From Candidatus Adlerbacteria bacterium (GTDB lineage Bacteria > Patescibacteriota > Minisyncoccia > Phycocordibacterales > SBAW01): DNA of 34,452 bases. Of this stretch, positions 32,475-34,452 are shown in pieces. A model generated the notes under the pieces. It was given only the letters and a program-made list of their open reading frames with translations, did no database searches and was not told the origin of the DNA. Positions within the stretch are counted from its first letter, which is position 1, and every line of letters starts with the position of its first letter. The stretch covers positions 1 through 34,452 of the forward strand of contig CAIWUA010000073.1 in the NCBI GenBank assembly GCA_903915735.1, written 5' to 3'. A program made the translations under genes and the position numbers.

Positions 32475-32483
32475 TGCTACAAT
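32475..32483 (+). promoter_or_regulatory. Extended -10 element TGCTACAAT, 10 nt upstream of the next ATG
   Basis: Read directly from the sequence. No good -35 is visible. It implies a leaderless or very short-leader transcript for 32494-32907. Confidence 0.35.
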
Positions 32484-32493
32484 AGCATAAAGT

Positions 32494-32907
32494 ATGCGAG
32501 ATTTCAAAAAAGACAGGAGTATACGATCGGGCAAAGGAGACCGGCGGCACCAGTATGCCCGTATGGCGGGCGGGCTTGGGGTCATGGTGGTGTTGGCGCT
32601 GCTTGCCTTTGGGTCGGCACATGCCGCGTGGGATATGTATCAAAAGTTTAGCGATGCGAGCACCGCCGATGCGGCGGCGCAAGGCGAGCTCGCAACCATG
32701 CAGGCACAGTACCAGAGCATCGCCAGCACGACCGACGCCCTACAGACCGATCGCGGGCTCGAGGCGGCCATACGCACGCGCTACGGGGTTGGCAGGCCCG
32801 GCGAGGGCGAGATAGATATTATCCGCCAAGCGACCAGTACCGCCACGCAAGGCAGCGGCAGCCAAAACTGGTTTGAGCGCCTTTGGCAGGCTATTGTTCC
32901 TTTCTAG
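32494..32907 (+). CDS. Septum formation initiator-like protein (FtsB/DivIC family suspected), 137 aa
   Basis: Basic N-terminal tail, one TM (GLGVMVVLALLAFG), then a coiled-coil-like Q/A-rich segment and LEAAIRTRYGVGRPGEGEIDII. The last resembles the FtsB/DivIC C-terminal motif (E..AR..LG...PGE). Confidence 0.55.
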   Translation: MRDFKKDRSIRSGKGDRRHQYARMAGGLGVMVVLALLAFGSAHAAWDMYQKFSDASTADAAAQGELATMQAQYQSIASTTDALQTDRGLEAAIRTRYGVGRPGEGEIDIIRQATSTATQGSGSQNWFERLWQAIVPF

Positions 32908-32978
32908 TGCGGAATGGGAGAATCGAACTCCCGTCCTATGCTTGGGAAGCACATGTTTTGCCACTAAACTAATTCCGC
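32908..32978 (-). tRNA. tRNA-Gly (anticodon CCC); CCA not encoded
   Basis: Reverse complement: GCGGAAT-TA-GTTT-AGTGGCA-AAAC-A-TGTGC-TTCCCAA-GCATA-GGAC-GGGAG-TTCGATT-CTCCC-ATTCCGC-A. The 3' end abuts the stop codon of the convergent FtsB-like gene. Confidence 0.9.
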
Positions 32979-33026
32979 AGTACTTTGTTATACTAACTAC
33001 TCTTTTATCAATTGTCACCCACATCT

Positions 33027-33644
33027 ATGGACTACAATACCCTCGCGTCAGACGAGACGCTCGCTGCAACCACCGCCGCCTTACAAGCTCGCAACTTCGA
33101 GCCTATTATTGTTGCGACTAAAGAAGAGGCTTTGGCCAAAATTAAAGAGCTCATACCCGCCGGCGCCTCGGTGATGAACGGCTCGTCGACGACGCTGCAG
33201 CAGATAGGCTTTGTCGATTATCTTAAGGCGGGGCAGCACGGCTGGCACAACCTCCACGAGGCTGTCTTGGCCGAACAGGATCCCGAAAAGCAAAAGCAGC
33301 TCCGCCGCCAAGCGCTCTTGTCGGACTACTACCTTGGTAGCGTGCACGCGCTCTCGCAGGCGGGGGAGCTGGTTATAGCCTCTAACTCGGGGAGCCAGCT
33401 GCCGCACATTGTCTTTAGCTCGCCCAACGTCATCTTTGTCGTCGGGACGCAAAAGATAGCGCCTACCTTGGCCGACGCCGAGGCACGCCTACGCACCCAC
33501 GTAATCCCGCTCGAGGACGCCCGTATGAAGAGTGTCGGCATGGGCGGCACCGCGCTTAATAAGCTCTTTTACTTCTTTGGCGAGCCGGCCTATACCGGGC
33601 GCAAAATCACCGTGGTGCTTGTCAAAGAGAAGCTGGGGTTCTAA
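33027..33644 (+). CDS. LUD domain protein (lactate-utilisation LutC/YkgG-like, DUF162), 205 aa from the ATG (a TTG at 33012 is possible)
   Basis: Overall pattern: ...ARNFEPIIVATKEEALAKIKELIPAGASVMNGSSTTL....GSVHALSQAGELVIASNSGSQL.....SPNVIFVVGTQKIAPTLADAEARLR.....LEDAR, typical of LUD_dom proteins. An extended -10 TGTTATACT lies at 32986-32994. Confidence 0.7.
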   Translation: MDYNTLASDETLAATTAALQARNFEPIIVATKEEALAKIKELIPAGASVMNGSSTTLQQIGFVDYLKAGQHGWHNLHEAVLAEQDPEKQKQLRRQALLSDYYLGSVHALSQAGELVIASNSGSQLPHIVFSSPNVIFVVGTQKIAPTLADAEARLRTHVIPLEDARMKSVGMGGTALNKLFYFFGEPAYTGRKITVVLVKEKLGF

Positions 33645-33655
33645 AATAGGAGTAT

Positions 33656-33898
33656 ATGGACAAAACCGTAACCATTTATTCGACTCCGACCTGCCACTTT
33701 TGCAAGATGGCCAAGGAGTTCTTTACCGAAAAAGGCGTAGCCTTTACTAACTTCGACGTGTCGCAAGATGCGGTTAAGCGCGAGGAGATGATCAAGATGA
33801 CAGGCCAGCTCGGCGTGCCGGTCATTGTCATCGGCGGCGATGTGATGGTCGGGTTTGACCGCGAGAGGTTGGCGGGCAAGCTTGGAATTGCGGCCTAG
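33656..33898 (+). CDS. Glutaredoxin-like protein (NrdH/YruB type), 80 aa
   Basis: VTIYSTPTCHFCKMAKEFFTEKGVAF (CxxC motif) and GVPVIVIGGDVMVGFDRERL. SD AGGAG lies 6 nt upstream. Confidence 0.88.
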   Translation: MDKTVTIYSTPTCHFCKMAKEFFTEKGVAFTNFDVSQDAVKREEMIKMTGQLGVPVIVIGGDVMVGFDRERLAGKLGIAA

Positions 33899-33924
33899 CC
33901 TCTAAAAATAGAGTATGCTAAAAA

Positions 33925-33946
33925 CCGGCCGCAAGGCCGGTTTGTT
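33925..33946 (+). terminator. Rho-independent terminator
   Basis: CCGGCC-gcaa-GGCCGG followed by TTTGTT. It is preceded by an A-run. Confidence 0.7.
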
Positions 33947-33947
33947 C

Positions 33948-34019
33948 GTCCCCGTAGTTCAATAGATAGAACAGCCCCGTCCTAAGGGGTAGATGTGGGT
34001 GCAATTCCTGCCGGGGACA
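33948..34019 (+). tRNA. tRNA-Arg (anticodon CCT) with an atypical T-loop; CCA not encoded
   Basis: GTCCCCG-TA-GTTC-AATAGATA-GAAC-A-GCCCC-GTCCTAA-GGGGT-AGAT-GTGGG-TGCAATT-CCTGC-CGGGGAC-A. The T-loop is TGCAATT instead of TTCRANN, and the T-stem has two G-U pairs. Confidence 0.75.
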
Positions 34020-34031
34020 CTAAGAAAGGGA

Positions 34032-34040
34032 TGATAAAAT
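34032..34040 (+). promoter_or_regulatory. Extended -10 element TGATAAAAT, 7 nt upstream of the ATG at 34048
   Basis: Read directly from the sequence. AAGGTG lies between it and the ATG. Confidence 0.35.
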
Positions 34041-34047
34041 AAGGTGT

Positions 34048-34374
34048 ATGGATCAAGACACAGGAAGCGAAATAGACGAATTAAAACAAGAGGTCGAGGA
34101 GTTAAAGGAGATGACTATAGACACCAACCGCCAGGTGCACAAGATGCGCCGCGGGGCGCGGTGGGCTATGCTGCTGCAGCTTTTGTGGTGGCTCACTATT
34201 TTTGGCGTTACCGGCGCGGCGTACTATTACTACCTGCAGCCGTATGTCATAAAGATCGAAAACATGTACTTTAAAACGCAGCAGAGCGCTACGCAGGCGC
34301 AAGACTGGTGGCAGCAGGTGCAGCATACCTTTGGGTCCTACTTTGCCGCGCCGACCTCGACGCAGATTAAATAA
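34048..34374 (+). CDS. Hypothetical membrane protein (108 aa): acidic coiled-coil N-terminus plus one TM
   Basis: MDQDTGSEIDELKQEVEELKEM, then TM WAMLLQLLWWLTIFGVTGAAYYYY, then a Q-rich tail. Confidence 0.65.
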   Translation: MDQDTGSEIDELKQEVEELKEMTIDTNRQVHKMRRGARWAMLLQLLWWLTIFGVTGAAYYYYLQPYVIKIENMYFKTQQSATQAQDWWQQVQHTFGSYFAAPTSTQIK

Positions 34375-34379
34375 ACAAG

Positions 34380-34452
34380 TGCTTGGGGCCGGGATCGAAC
34401 CGGCGACCTATTCCTCTTCAGGGAAGCGCTCTACCAACTGAGCTACCCAAGC
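34380..34452 (-). tRNA. tRNA-Phe (anticodon GAA); its 5' end coincides with the window edge; CCA not encoded
   Basis: Reverse complement: GCTTGGG-TA-GCTC-AGTTGGTA-GAGC-G-CTTCC-CTGAAGA-GGAAT-AGGTC-GCCGG-TTCGATC-CCGGC-CCCAAGC-A. Confidence 0.9.

Noticed and set aside
32358-32585. A minus-strand ORF in the lepA/FtsB-like intergenic gap. The inner ATG at 32471 would give the 37-aa TM peptide MFDLFGKNRDRNTRIFGGLLAVVVIASMIFAYFSILL.
   Set aside because: The hydrophobic peptide looks plausible. However, there is no SD and no room for a promoter, because the segment upstream of its start is occupied by the + strand -10. It would also be convergent with lepA at a 1-nt gap with no terminator. The evidence is insufficient.
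1-34452. Alternative genetic code (UGA recoding), a CRISPR array, or a diversity-generating retroelement targeting the giant protein.
   Set aside because: TGA terminates well-defined genes exactly where the next gene starts (21726, 24830, 30555). No short direct-repeat/spacer array is visible. No reverse transcriptase or template/variable repeat pair is visible in this window.

Overview
This is a GC-rich, very compact bacterial window that uses the standard genetic code: TGA is a real stop at 21726, 24830 and 30555. All confident protein genes are on the + strand except one.

The flanks are housekeeping genes:
- groEL (3' part), lemA and htpX, then tRNA-Ser(GGA)
- RNase P RNA, a Wzy-like/TPR membrane protein and murJ
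- lepA, an FtsB-like gene and tRNA-Gly(CCC)
- a LUD-domain gene, a glutaredoxin-like gene and tRNA-Arg(CCT)
- a small membrane protein and tRNA-Phe(GAA)

The centre (2936-25290, about 22 kb) is an almost gapless run of nine co-directional genes. It is dominated by one 13.7-kb ORF of 4,562 aa, about 40% of the window. By my reading of the translation, that ORF encodes a secreted, tail-fibre-like giant protein with:
- 19 'G-x-V-G-I-G-T-x-x-P' collar motifs
- seven blocks of seven LVIVD-like beta-propeller blades
- two paralogous beta-sandwich-like domains
- a C-terminal Peptidase-S74-type intramolecular chaperone (SSERYK motif)
- an acidic Ser/Thr/Pro tail

Six genes appear translationally coupled to it:
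- a 4xLamG secreted protein
- a 67-aa secreted Cys peptide
- two orphan proteins (524 aa and 193 aa)
- a PaaK/F390-synthetase-family adenylating enzyme
- a TM-anchored orphan
- a 'GWINF'-repeat wall protein
- DUF192

I regard this locus, especially the orphans plus the adenylating enzyme attached to the giant fibre, as the best candidate for an undescribed cell-surface or host-contact system.

A lower-GC islet lies between murJ and lepA. It carries a strongly signalled minus-strand gene for a small secreted protein. It also carries an RHH/RelE-ParE toxin-antitoxin pair whose toxin stop overlaps the lepA start.

No CRISPR array, transposase, integrase, reverse transcriptase or rRNA is visible.

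The gene style (giant GIGT-collar fibre, GW-repeat proteins, short RNase P RNA, CCA-less tRNAs) is reminiscent of CPR/Patescibacteria. That is inference only. All domain calls come from motif reading without database searches, and sub-domain coordinates are approximate.
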